Shown: positions 10,253 to 23,780 of the stretch, piece by piece
Layout: each line of letters opens with the position of its first letter
Numbering within the stretch: the first letter of the stretch is position 1
DNA from: Octopus sinensis
Lineage: Eukaryota
Assembly (NCBI RefSeq): GCF_006345805.1
Contig: NC_043006.1
Location: 3,596,001-3,660,000, forward strand
Direction: 5' to 3'
DNA length: 64,000 bases
Notes under the pieces: model-generated
Told to the model about the DNA's origin: nothing
Seen by the model: the letters and a program-made list of their open reading frames with translations, nothing else
The model's database searches: none
Position numbers and translations under genes: made by a program

Positions 10253-12575
10253 CTTCTGGTTGAAATATCTAACAGGAATGCACAAAAAGCTGGCTGAAAA
10301 CTTTAACAGCATGCTAGCAGAGCCAGAGACAATGCCTGAATGGCTCACGAAGGGGAAAACCATCTTAATTCCCAAATCAAATGAGACAGCAAAACCAGAA
10401 AACTACAGACCAATAACCTGTCTCCCTACAATATACAAGGCACTTACTGCAGTGATATCGCAAAGGTTGAACAAGCACCTGGACGAAAACAACATGTTTC
10501 CAGAAGAGCAGAAAGGATGCCGCAAAGGCTCATATGGCTGTAAAGATCAACTAATGATTAATAAAGCCATAACTGAAGACAGCCACAGAAAGAAGAAAGG
10601 CCTCAGTATGGCGTGGATCGATTACAAAAAGGCGTTCGATAGCATCCCCCACACATGGATCCTCGAAACACTAGCCATTAACAAAGTAGCACCAACCCTT
10701 ATAAAATTCATAGGGCACTCTATGAATAAATGGCAAACAGTCCTACACCTCCAAACAAAAGAGGGACTCATGAAAACAAAAGCCATCCCCATTAGAAGAG
10801 GAATATTCCAGGGAGACACGCTCTCTCCACTCCTTTTCTGCTTGGCACTGTCACCTCTTTCTGATATGCTAAATAGAACTGGATGCGGATATAAATGTTA
10901 CGGCAAAACGATCAGCCACCTTTTATATATGGATGACCTAAAACTATACGCTGCAAATGACAAACAGCTGGAAACACTATTAAAGACAGTTCATGGATTC
11001 ACCACAGAAATAGAAATGAAATTTGGATTAGAAAAATGCGCCAAAGTAACCATGAAAAGAGGAAAACTAGTAACATCACACTAGATAAAACCAATGAAAT
11101 AAAAGAATTAGACCAAAGCCAAACTTACAAATACTTAGGAATCCATGAACTAGATAAGACACAGCACACACAAATGAAAGAGAAAATAAAAAAAGAATAT
11201 TCTAGACGAGTTAGATCAATACTAAAAACAGAGCTCAATGCTAAAAACAAGATAATAGGTATCAACACTTTAGCTGTCCCAGTTATAAGTTACAGCTACA
11301 ATATCCTTAACTGGACACTAAATGAACTGACCAAAATAGATAGGAAAACAAGAAAAATAATGACAGGGTCTAGGATGCATCACCCAAAATCTGACATAGA
11401 GAGACTATATATACAACGTATAGAAGGTGGTAGAGGCCTTATACAGCTGGAAAACTACTATAAAATAACCACCATAGGACTGCAAAAATATCTACTTCAG
11501 AAGGAAGGAAAGCTGATACAAATAGCGGCAAAACACGAGCAAAACAAAAAACTGTTCTCACTATTTAAGGAAGCTGACAAATACAAACAAGAAATCATAC
11601 CACCTAATAAATATGATGAAGAAGAAGTAGAAAATGAAGAAACAACAAAAGCTATAAAACAAATGAAATCCAAACTAAAACTAGAACAGCAACGAACCAT
11701 GATAAAACGATGGCAAGAAAAGCCCCTTCATGGTAAATACTGGACTAAACTAAACGCAAAAGAAATAGACAAAGAAAAATCCCAGCAATGGTTGAGAAGC
11801 TCAGGACTCAAAGCAGAGACAGAGGGATTTTTAATTGCAGCACAAGACCAAAGCCTCCTCACCAGAAATTACCAAAAACATGTAATGAAAAGAAATATTA
11901 CAAGTAACTGCAGAATATGTGGAGATGGACAAGAAACAATAAATCATATTATCTCTAGCTGCCCAGTCCTGGCTAAGAAGGAATATATTCACAGACATGA
12001 CAGAGTTGGAACCTACATACACTGGAAGCTATGCCAACATTATGGAATAACAACAGAAAAAAGATGGTATAGGCACACACCAGAAAAGGTGACAGAAAAC
12101 GAGAAAGCAACCATACTCTGGGATATGCCGATACACACAGATAGAGAAATTAAGGCCAACAGACCAGATATAGTTGTCAGAGACCATAAAGAAAAAAATG
12201 CTTTCTAATTGATGTATCAATACAGGCAGATGACAACGTGTCTCTAAAAGAAATGGAGAAACTTTCAAAATACAAAGACCTGGAAATAGAGGTAACTAGA
12301 ATGTGGAATCTGAAAACAGAAACAATTCCTATCATAGTAGGTGCATTAGGCATGATAAAAAAATATTCAGACAAATACATAACAAAAACACCAGGACTTA
12401 CAAACACATATAACATACAAAAAATTGCGCTACTAGGCACTGCACACATCCTACGCAGAACACTTTCCATACAATAACCATCAGAGCATCACAACAAATC
12501 ACAGCACATACCTAAGGCACACAGAGCTGCGCTCGGTAGTGAAGTGAAAGCACGCTATAAAAATAAAACTACTGA
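10251..12575 (+). mobile_element. R4/Dong-clade retrotransposon, 5'-truncated, two frameshifts (copy E)
   Basis: ORFs 10260-11084 (RT), 11036-12208 (CRIC-HIISSC-RHD, ILWDMPIHTD) and 12238-12477 (REL). 3' UTR ends at about 12575, followed by (TAA)n. Confidence 0.95.
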
Positions 12576-12602
12576 ATGATAATAATAATAATAATAATAA
12601 TA

Positions 12603-12752
12603 ATATCGAAAAATACCTTTAGGAATGAGAACCCAGGTTTGAAATTTCCTCAAGACACCTGAAGAAGGCTGGAGAGTATATCAGCCGAAACGTTGTTTTA
12701 AAAACAAACAAGATGAGGACAAATATCCGCCAAATGTAAATAATGTAAATAA
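12603..12752 (+). mobile_element. Hammerhead-bearing repeat unit (Penelope pLTR-like), right copy
   Basis: tatcgaaaaatacc...gacacctgaagaaggctgg...cagccgaaacgttg...gatgaggacaaatatccg; mirror of 8271-8455. Confidence 0.75.
12654..12699 (+). ncRNA. Minimal type I hammerhead ribozyme motif (C3-G8)
   Basis: gacac CTGAAGA a ggctg(gagagtatat)cagcc GAA ACGT T gtttt. Confidence 0.68.
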
Positions 12753-13280
12753 AATACATACATACTTATATCAATAGATTTTTGGTGCAGATATGGCTTC
12801 TGAATGAACTTGAGTGGCAAAAACTGCATGGAAGCCCATCGTCTATGAGTGTGTCTCTTTGATTGCCCCCCCCCCCCTCCGAACCACCGCTTGATAATAA
12901 GTAATGATTTGTTTACGTCCTAGTAACTTCGCGGTTCGCCAAAGAATAAGTACCAGTATCAAACTTTAAAATAAAATAAATACTGGAATCGATTTGTTTG
13001 ACTACAATGCCCTAAGGCAAGGCCTAAGCATGACTGCAGTCCAATGAATGGAACAAGTAAAAGATAAAAAATTCTCTGAAGTTAAGATTGAATTTCTTGA
13101 CAAACTTTCATATTATCAATAAAGAGATGAAGAGCTATGTATGTGATGTGCTGAATGCTTAATTGATATTCACTTGATCTCTCGAATACTTTCAAAACTC
13201 TCTAATGGTATTAAAACACAAATTCTCATGCGATTAAAATTCTGCTGCATATTTGCAGTTTACCCAAAGATGGCTTTCAC

Positions 13281-13572
13281 TGGCACTTTGTCCGTTACGA
13301 CGACCAGTATTCCAGTTGATCTGATCAACCGAACAACCTACTAGTGAAATTAGCGTCACAAGTGTCGAGCACTCTACGAACACACGTACCCTTAACGAAG
13401 TCCTCGGGAAGATTCAGCGTGGCACAGAATGTGACAAGGCTAGCCCCTTTGAAATACAGGCGCTACTCATTTTTGCCAGCTGAGTAATAAGGTGTTTTGT
13501 TCAAAGACAACGCATCGCCAGAAATCGAACTCTCTACCTTACGACCGTGTGCCGAACACTCTAACCACTAAA
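13281..13572 (-). mobile_element. SINE family B, diverged copy
   Basis: Reverse-complement similarity to 4738-5035. Confidence 0.7.
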
Positions 13573-14179
13573 TAAGACGTTTTCACTATACACGTGGATA
13601 AAAGCAAAGCTGTATGCTTAAGAAGTTCGCTTAACAACAACACAGTTCGGGATTCGATCGCATACGCAGCACACTAGGGCAACTGTCTTCTACAAAAGCC
13701 TTGGATTGACTAAATTTAGTAGACAGGATAAATGTAGTAAAAACTAACGGTGGTCGGTCCAGTTTTTGGGTAGCAGCTTCTTAAACTACTATCCAGTTTA
13801 GACAAGCTTACAGTACTATTTCTAATATAGCAGGAATTCTCAACCATTTTTTATCTATAGACCCCTTTGATTTCTAGTTAATTCTGGTGGGCCTCCATGG
13901 GCATTTGATGCTTTTTAGAGATACTTCTAACAAAATCCCTATTTTGTTTTTCACACATTAATTTATGTAGGTTGAACTATGGAAAGTGTTAAAGAAAGAA
14001 ACATGGCCGTTTCTTGTAATACATCCCAATACATACATCTAAAGCAAATTTCTTTTCAGGGGCTCTTAAAATGCTATTGAGGATCTCTGATTAACTATTT
14101 TGTTGCGTGTCCCCCCCCCAATTCTTATTTGAACCCTCAGGGTTTATATGGACCCCAGTTGAGAATTACTATACTATAG

Positions 14180-14345
14180 ATTCAATGTCTGAGATACTGG
14201 TAGAAATGGATAGTCGATTACATCAATCCCAATACTCAACGGGTTTTTATTATTTTATCGGCCTCGGAAGGGTGACGGTCGGTGTCGACCTCGGCGGAAT
14301 TTGAATTCGGAAGAAATGCCGCTTAGGGTTTTATCCAGTGTGCAA
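14180..14345 (-). mobile_element. SINE family A, degenerate copy
   Basis: gtcgattacatc...gtcgacctcggcggaatttgaa. Confidence 0.7.
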
Positions 14346-14744
14346 AGGAATCTAACTATATGAGTCTACAATACAGAAAGTTCTTTGACTGGAAATAGTT
14401 GCCCCCCCCCCGTTCCCTCCCAGCACCCTCAGGAAGAGGCATTAAAAATATTCTAGACGTTGCCCCTTACGCCTCTATATAAGCAAGGAAAAAAAATACA
14501 TTTAGCATTTCATTCATCACTTCTCTTAATAAATCTCTCGCTTGAATATATTTATGATCCGATTGTGATATATTCCATAATGCTATTTAATTCAGTGATA
14601 AGAAAGCACAGCCATGGTGAGATGTCAAATTGGGGAGGGGGGGAGCATTTTCAAATTGATCTTCTGAACAAAGTGAGGCCACTTCTGTTGGTGGTGTATA
14701 TGATGTTGATAATGTTGATGATGAGAAGGAAGAGGAGATAGATG

Positions 14745-15159
14745 AGGAGAGAGAAGAGGATGACAACGACGACTACGACTACGACGACGATGATGATGAT
14801 GATAATAATGGTAAGTACGACAAGGACGACGAGGACAATAATAACAGCATCGGCGATTCGACTGATACTAATGGGGAGAATTGTAATAAGGGACATTTCT
14901 CAACAAACGCGCGCAAGCACACACACACACACACACGCACACACACACACGCACATACACATACACACATACACACACACGCACATACACACACATACAC
15001 ATACACACACATACACATACACACACACACATACACACATACACACACACGTATATCTAGGAATCTATCCCTGTTTTGCGAACATTCACGTTCATAGGAA
15101 CACAAAATGTTCTCAATGAAATATTGGTATTGTAAACACACACACACACACACACACAC

Positions 15160-15211
<52 letters not shown>

Positions 15212-15770
15212 CATACATACCTACATGAGTGTACCTTTTGCAGATACTCTAGGATAAAAGCATTTACGTAACCACAGGCGCACACATGCGATCACACAAA
15301 CCCGCTCACTTAGAAATAAATGTGCGTGTACATCTGTGTTATGAATTATATATGGATGCGTACGTATGCATATATATATATATACGCGCGCACACATACA
15401 ATATGTGTGCGTATGTGTGTGTATGCATGCATGTATATATGTATGTATGCCTATATATATATATATAGATAGATTATGAACACACACCCAAACAAACATA
15501 TGTGCATATATATTATGAACACGTCCTTATCTATCTTACAGTCTATCGCACACGATATGCGTGTGTATGTGTACATGTGACTACGTATGAGTGTATATAC
15601 ATATGCCTCAATATTTATGTATGTGAATGTGTGTGAGATCGTGTAAGAGTATATATATTTTTGTATATGTGTTTCTAGCTATAATCGCACTTAGACACAT
15701 CTTCCCAAATACACATGCCTCAACGTGCAAACACATCCAGCCCTTGACACGGAAGTGAAATCATTGCTTA

Positions 15771-15818
<48 letters not shown>

Positions 15819-16093
15819 GTAAATATATATTTTTTTGTGGGTAAATAAGTGAGCAATGCTATGGTAAATTGCCCAGTGGAGTAGAAACACAAAAGACCCT
15901 TGATATTATAAACTCACAAACTGGGACGAGCCATACTTTACAGACAGTGGCAGCATTCAGGGTGAGCACCACCTTGAACTAAACACATCCATCTGTATAT
16001 GATATAATCCTACAATATATGTATACGTATGTGTGTGTGTATATATATGCATGTATGTATGCGTGTATGTATGTATGTTAGTATGTACGCATA

Positions 16094-16127
<34 letters not shown>

Positions 16128-16130
16128 GAT

Positions 16131-16174
<44 letters not shown>

Positions 16175-16224
16175 TTCTATGTGTATGTGCGTGCGTATTC
16201 ATACGAAGATTTACATTTACAGTC

Positions 16225-16269
<45 letters not shown>

Positions 16270-16489
16270 CACATATATATGTATGTATAGGTATATGTGT
16301 GTGTATCTTCATATATCAGAGATATATAAAATGATAGAAAGGCAATGAAAGATAGGTAGATAGATAAATAGATAAATAGATAGATACATACATACATACT
16401 TACACGCATACATACGCATATACATATATATGGTGTATATGTAGGCATATGTGCGTGTCTACATCTCCATATATTTATGTATTTATTTT

Positions 16490-16528
<39 letters not shown>

Positions 16529-16540
16529 TATTAATATTAT

Positions 16541-16600
<60 letters not shown>

Positions 16601-16688
16601 AATATAATATATATATATATATATATGTGTGTATATATAATATCTATCTATCTATCTATCTATACCTATCTATCTATCTATCTATCCA

Positions 16689-16784
<96 letters not shown>

Positions 16785-17432
16785 TGTGTGTTGGTGTGGT
16801 GTGTGTATGTGTGTGTGTGTGTGTATATAACACGAACATAATACCGTTCAAGGATTTTTAAGTGCTGTCCATTCTTCGAATCATTCACAAGTTTCCGCCT
16901 GTATTATGTCCTCAGCAGAAGATCGTAAACATACGCACGAACGTAAACATGCACTACAATAATCAATAATTCACCACATTACACATACACACGCTTGCAC
17001 ATATGTATGCTGTATATGTATATCTAAATACATACATCCAGACAATGAATAATCGTGTGCTACCTATATACAAATATCAATATAAATATCAATTACATTG
17101 TGCAGCACGCAGCATCAAAGTACATTTACTTACATACATATAAATATATACATACAAACAAACACACATACATACATACATACATACATACATACATACA
17201 TACATACAAACACACAGACATACATACATACATACATACATACATACATACAAACAAACACACAGACATACATACATACATACATACATACATACATACA
17301 TACATACATACAAACAAACATACATATATGCATACATACATACATACATACAAACACAAACACATACATAAATACATACATACATACATACATACATACA
17401 TACATACATACATACATACATACATACATACA

Positions 17433-17464
<32 letters not shown>

Positions 17465-17465
17465 C
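14745..17465. repeat. Large microsatellite field: (GAC/GAT)n, (CA)n, (TA)n, (TG)n, (ATCT)n, (ATAC)n
   Basis: Directly visible, interspersed with short unique stretches. Confidence 0.9.
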
Positions 17466-18149
17466 AGGTGTGTAATTCAATACACTCGGGATAATCCGTA
17501 TAGAATATACTTTGTTCAATAAGTTTAGGTGTTCTAAAATTAGGTAGAGAAAATTTACAGGTCAAATGTCACACGTTTTACAGTTACGCTAAATTTCCGT
17601 CAGAAAATACCCTTAGAAAGCTACATCCGATATTTCGTTGTTTATGTGTCAGTGGAGTATCTGAAATAAATCACTCGTTGTGGCAGATTTGGCAGTAACT
17701 ATGCAAGTAATATTATACAACATACCATGCAGTGTATAAATTATATTAATGCTATTTATTAATATAAATTTAATCATGTTATTGAATAACCTTAATATTA
17801 ATAATAGAAAATGTTCGCCTAATTTGAAATATCATTTTATAAGACGGCTAAATATGTTTTCATACATTGATTTCATTCTCTCGTAGTGTGAACGATGTGT
17901 TACGTAATTTTTGTCGCAGGTTTATTGCTAAATCTACAAGACGAATTTTACAGGATATCGACACTTTCCCACAGAGACAACACACGCATCTTGACCTTAG
18001 TATAGGTATATCAGACGCAAAGCAGTCATGATTAAAATCCTTTATTTGTCAAGACTGTATAACGTTCTTTTATGGAATAACCTATTTAGTTTTAGAAGCT
18101 GTTTAACAATACAGTCATAGGCAAAAATGAAAATACGTGAACGTGTTCA

Positions 18150-18900
18150 GTATGTATAGAGGGCGTTCGTGCTAAATCTAACAGTTTGCATGAAAGGAAG
18201 AGAATAGACAATATTCCATCCAAAAATATCAACTAGATTATGGCAGGGAGATATCAACTAGATTATGGCACTTGCTCAAAATAGCCGCCTTCTGCTTCCA
18301 CCACAGCCTCAAGACAGCTCCGGAACCTGGCGCACGCGTTCCTCATTGTGTCCTCGAAAGATCTCCGAACATCTCCTCGGTCTTGGCCACTAGCTCGGTC
18401 TTGGTGTTCTAGGCAGAGTGTTTGGTGTTTATCTCGATGGCGCAACACACATAGTAATCCATAGCATTACAATCGAGGAACTTAGGTCAGAAATTGGCGC
18501 TGGTAAATGCGTAGAAATTCCCCGACAATCACTTCTGTCTTTTTCCGGGGGCTTGGCAAGGAGCCGAATCCTACTGTCACACATATGGTCTACCAACAGT
18601 CATCCTTTCAAGCCATGGATTAAACAAAGTCTCCAGAAGGTTTACGTAGTGGTTTGAATCGAGTCCAGAGTCCTGTTCAAAGATGCGGTTCGGCGTGACG
18701 TCGCTCTCACTAGGGACACACCGAAAGACCATCCATCCTATCAGCCACGGCTTCATAGTCTCCAAGGCAGCTGTCCATGTCAAGTGTTACAGCTTTTACA
18801 TCGCTCACAAAGCAACAAAGCATTGAACCGCAGTCATGATTCCGGTATTTTGATACCCGGCACTAATCATCATGATACACGTTCCAATATTCAGCTAGCT
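18150..18900 (-). mobile_element. Decayed Tc1/mariner transposase, maT (DD37D)-like, C-terminal half
   Basis: Minus strand reads MVFRCVPSESDV...GRPYV*Q*DSAPC...NF*PKFLDCNAMDYYV...RFRSCLEAVVEAEGGYFE. Second-to-third Asp spacing is 36 here, with an apparent one-codon loss in the WPPxSPD motif. Confidence 0.75.
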
Positions 18901-19289
18901 TTCAGTCCTCTCTGACAGCTTTTCTCATCTACAGTATTCATTTTTATGTTCTTTAACACCGTTGACTGTTCACCAAAACATCAAGCTGTTCTTGAACATA
19001 GCATACGTAAAACGTCGTGGTTAAAAATTCCACTTCGTAATCGTTACGCTGTGGTTTCGATTTCACTGCATCGCATCTTGGGCATGTGACTTCATGATAA
19101 CCCAAACAATGGCAGTATGTAATTCAAAAAAATCACGCTGATTCTACCTAGGGATTATGTTAAGGCTACACATGCCCGAGGGATACGCGACCACTTCGTG
19201 AGCGAATTCAACGAGAAGATCGTCCAATTCATTTAGCTACTGAACACGCAAGTCAGAATCGAAGGGAGAATTACTATCTCTCATTCTAT

Positions 19290-19334
19290 CACTCAATCTC
19301 TACCTATCTCTCTATCTATCTGTCTATCTATCTG

Positions 19335-19413
<79 letters not shown>

Positions 19414-19480
19414 CTATTTATTTATTTATTTATTTATCTGTCTATCTATCTTTCTAACAATCTATCTATCTACCTACTTA
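19290..19480. repeat. (ATCT)n tetranucleotide microsatellite
   Basis: Directly visible. Confidence 0.95.
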
Positions 19481-19762
19481 TCTATTTCACATACCCGTTC
19501 ATCGGGAATTTTCCATAGACCCCGTATAAAAGTCAACCGCAGTGTTTCACGAACAAAAGGACATTTGTAAGCCATGGTAACGTATCATCCTGTTACAAAA
19601 TTATGTGGCTAACTTACTGTAGCCTGCTCTATAGGTGGAATGCTTGGGGCTTATAATAAAACACTATATAATAGCGAGCACTACACAACTGTTGATAGGT
19701 GCTACATTACCATTACTAAATGTATGCACAGGATATGTTGCAAGCCTACATACACCTTGAAG

Positions 19763-20130
19763 CACAATAAACACATGCGTCATACACTCGTTATCTACAT
19801 GATGAGAAGTGTGTCTCACAGACAGCACTATTGGCGAATGCTGGCAAACGCCACTATCTGAATTCGTACAAAAGCATGACTTTGGTAAGCCTAAAAACAT
19901 TCAATTAATCGCTAGATCAGTGGTTCCCAAGCGATTTTATATTTTCCTCATCTCCAAATACAATAAACACTTGCGTCATACACTCAACTGTTTTTATGGT
20001 GAGAAACGACGTGTTTCACAGACAGCTCGATTGGTAAACAACAGCAAACACCACTGTTTGAGTTCGTACAGAGGCATGGCATCGGTAAGCCTAAAAACGT
20101 TTAGTTAATCGCTAGATCAGTGGTTCTCAA
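19763..20130. repeat. Two diverged tandem units of about 195 bp ending in a hAT-like TIR motif
   Basis: acaataaacac(a/t)tgcgtcatacactc...ggtaagcctaaaaac...aatcgctagatcagtggtt(c/t)caa occurs twice. Confidence 0.75.
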
Positions 20131-20861
20131 ACTTGGCATCCTTCGACATTAGTTTTTAAAATGTGAAACTCCCTGATAACTTTCAGAGAACCCCGGGGTG
20201 GTTGCAGAATACATTTTGGGAATCCATGCTCCAGACTAACAACTCTACACCACAAACTTAACTTAACTTTTATGGGCATTTACTGGTAACTGCACATGAG
20301 AGCAATGCAGTCTTGTTGATGGGTTTTGTTAATTACTAGGACTCGTGTTTTGATGCATAGAATTTGTAATATTACTTTAATTCATTGTGTTTTTGTTTCT
20401 ATTCGCTTAGAGATCAGTTGGGCTTCTGCTGCTGATACCGTACTTCAGATTCTAGCTTTAATTTCAGCCCCTCAAAAGTAGTGTCCATGTAATAGTCGAC
20501 CCCATAAATTTGACCTTAAAAAATGGTCTAAAACCTTCGACTTTTACACGAGTATATACGGTATATGTATGAGTGTGTGTTATGTGTGTGTATTTTTATA
20601 CACACACACAAATATATATGCGACAATTTGACATTTACAGTTGTTTCTGATAATCACTATCGGTTCGGTCATTGACTGGTCGATCTATTGATCGGTTGAG
20701 AAAAGTTGAACGACATCAAAGAACTAATGCTATCCTCATCGGAGACGTAGTATACTGATGACAAACAAAGCAGAACAAAGGATCAATGAACGATACATGC
20801 ATGAGAAAGGGAGCGAAAAGAGGTAAGGCGTATAAGGTGAATGGAAGACAGATAAAGATAG

Positions 20862-21190
20862 TCTTTTATTGTTTTATTTGCTTTAGTCATTTGGCTGCGG
20901 CCATGCTGGAGCACCGCTTTTAGTCGAACAAATCGACCCCAGGATTTATATATACATTCTTTTATTCTTTTACTTGTTTTAGTCATTTGACTGCAGCCAC
21001 GCTGGAGCGCCGCGTTAAGGGTGTTAATGGTGTTAAGTCCAAGAAATTGATCTCAGGAACTATTCTTCGTAAGCTTAGTACTAATTCTATCGGGCTCTTT
21101 TGCCGAAACACTAAGTTACGCAGACGTAAACACACCAATATCGGTTGTCAAGTGATGGTGGAGGAACAAACTCCCACACAAAATATACAA
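20862..21190 (-). mobile_element. SINE family C, 3' portions (two partial units)
   Basis: tttagtcattt(g)gctgcggccatgctggagcaccgc block repeated. Confidence 0.72.
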
Positions 21191-21290
21191 CCCCCACACA
21201 CACGCGCATATGTATATACATAAGCATGTATATATATATATATATGTATATATAGATATAAATATATATATGTGTGTGTGTGTATGTATA

Positions 21291-22513
21291 TTAGGTTGCT
21301 TCACGTGAAATGTCGCATTTTTAATTACTTGTTATTTCAGTCATTTAAAAATTCAGTTATGTGTACTTTGCATTTAATCTTACCTCTTTTTCTTTCCCAA
21401 CAATAATAGTATACAAAATTCGTACCTACACACATTATTAAAATGATGACAACCAAATTATGTCGTGGGATTTTCTTGTATGAGTACAAACTGGATCACA
21501 CTGTCGCAGAAGCTCTACGGAATATCGAGCGTGACTTTGGTTATGGCTTTGTTGACATCAGAGCTATTCAGAGATGGTTTCAAAGTTCTCGTTCAGGAGA
21601 TATTAGCCTTGAAAATAAACCAAAGAGTAGGCCAAAATCAGTTGTTCAGCATGATAAATTAAATGCTTTAGTTGAACAAAATCCGAGAAGAAAGGTTCGA
21701 AAACTTTCATCAGAACTCTAAGCATTTCGTACAACTGTTTTTTGGAAACCTGTAAAGAATTGGAAAAGTCAAGAAAACAGATTGGTTTCTTCTAAATCAA
21801 CTGAACGAGATTTTAAAAAATAGACACCTCGAAGTGTGCTCCTTATTGCTTTCTCGACTGGAAAAAGACCATTTTTGCATCAAATCAATCATTACTTGTG
21901 ATGAGAAATGGATACTCTTTGACAACAGCCGGAGAACAGGACAGTGATTAGATGCAGGAGAGTCACCTAAACACTACCCAAACCACCATTGAGCGGTCAC
22001 AGTATGGTGGTCTGCGAAGGGACTTATTCATTATTCATTTTTGCGACAAGGAAAAACGGTAACAGCAACATCGTATTGCCAGGAAATTAATTGTATGCAT
22101 GAGAATTTTAAAAAGAAGCAACCCAGACTAGTGAATAAAGATGGCCCAATTTTGCTTCACGACAATGCACGTCCTCACACTCTTCGAGCCGCAGTCCAAA
22201 AGTTGCAAAGTCTGAATTATGAGATTTTGCAACATCCTCCCTATTCACTGGATATCATCACTTATTGAATACTGATCATCACTTATTAAAGCATTTTGAG
22301 CTTTTCATAAACAATAAAACATTCTTAAATAGAGAAAAGGTAGTTGAAGCATTCGGACAGTTTATCACAGCAAAAATGAATTTTTTTAAAGATGGAATAT
22401 AAGAAATAGACAAAACGTTGGGTAAACTTCATAAATGAACATGGATAATACTTTGATTAAATAAATCAGTTCTTCTCTGAAGCACTTTATTGTTGCCTTT
22501 CATGTGAAACAAC

Positions 22514-22517
<4 letters not shown>
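21291..22517 (+). mobile_element. Full-length decayed mariner (DD34D type) with TIRs and TA target duplication
   Basis: TIRs ttaggttgcttcacgtgaaa / tttcatgtgaaacaacctaa flanked by TA. Transposase 21443-22460 has the HTH region, ITCDEKW, LLHDNARPH, HPPYSLD and YFD*, with stops and frameshifts. Confidence 0.95.
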
Positions 22518-22569
<52 letters not shown>

Positions 22570-22570
22570 T

Positions 22571-22735
22571 ACGACGGGCTTCTTTCAGTTTTTGTCAACC
22601 AAATTCACTCAAAAGGCTTTGGTTGGCCCGAGGCTATAGTAAAAGACACTTGCTCAAGGTGCATGCAATGGGACTGAATCCAAAACCATGTGGTTGACAA
22701 GCAAACTTCTAACCACACAGCCACACCTGCGCCTA
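22571..22735 (-). mobile_element. SINE family C, 5' half
   Basis: Matches 8083-8248. Confidence 0.8.
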
Positions 22736-22861
22736 CATAGAGTTTTGATAAACGTCTTGATACAGTCTCAACATTTGAAAAATTATTTTCGGAAATTAAA
22801 ATTATTACTAATATTAAATATGAAACCGGGGCAGTTCGAGTAAAGAAAAAAACGAAGAAAC

Positions 22862-23280
22862 TAAGGCGGTGAGTTGGCAGAATCGTTAGCACGCCGGGCA
22901 TTTTGTCCGACTTTATGTTCTGAGTTCAATTTCCGTCGAGTTCGACTTTGCCTTTTATCCTTTCGAGGTCGATAAAATAAGTACCAGTTGAGCCCTGGGA
23001 TAGATGCAATCGACTTATCCCCGCACCCGAAGTTGCTGGATTTGAGCCAAATTTGAAATGAATGTTAAAAAAACATACAGGCGCCGAGCTGGCAAAATCG
23101 TTGGAAGGTCGGATAAAATGCTTAACTTCATTTCTTACGACTTTACGTACTAAGTTTCAACTCCACTGGAGTTGCCTTCCCAGGGTCGATAAACTAAGTA
23201 TCAGTTGAGCGCTAGGTTCGATGTAATTGTCTTATCTTCTCCCACTAAATTGCTGGCCTTGTCCCAAAATTTGAAGCCAG
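22862..23280 (+). mobile_element. Two tandem SINE family A units
   Basis: aaggcggtgagttggcagaatcg at 22862 and aggcgccgagctggcaaaatcg at about 23080. Confidence 0.8.
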
Positions 23281-23694
23281 TATAATTTTTTTTTCCATTT
23301 TTAAATCTTTTAAAAATGTAGATTGTAAGCGACTTCGTTCTTTTCTGCATTTCAAAATGTGAGAACATCGAAAACCGCTCGCACAGAAACGTTTGTGTTA
23401 ATCAGCGATATACACAGACAAGACAGAAGTAAATAGACACCATTATAATCATTACAATTTGTTTAAATCTGAAATTATACATTAAAATTACTTATCAATT
23501 ATATATTAATTATTAGTCAAGACTATTGACTATTTTCCATATATCAATGGAAAATTAAGGTGGTTTTAGAGTCAGATTATGGCTGCTGTTTTCAGCATGG
23601 TGGTATCTCGTAGATAGCCTAATTTATAATTTTATATATATATATGTATGTATGTATGTATACATATATATATGTATGTATATATATGTGTGTA

Positions 23695-23780
<86 letters not shown>

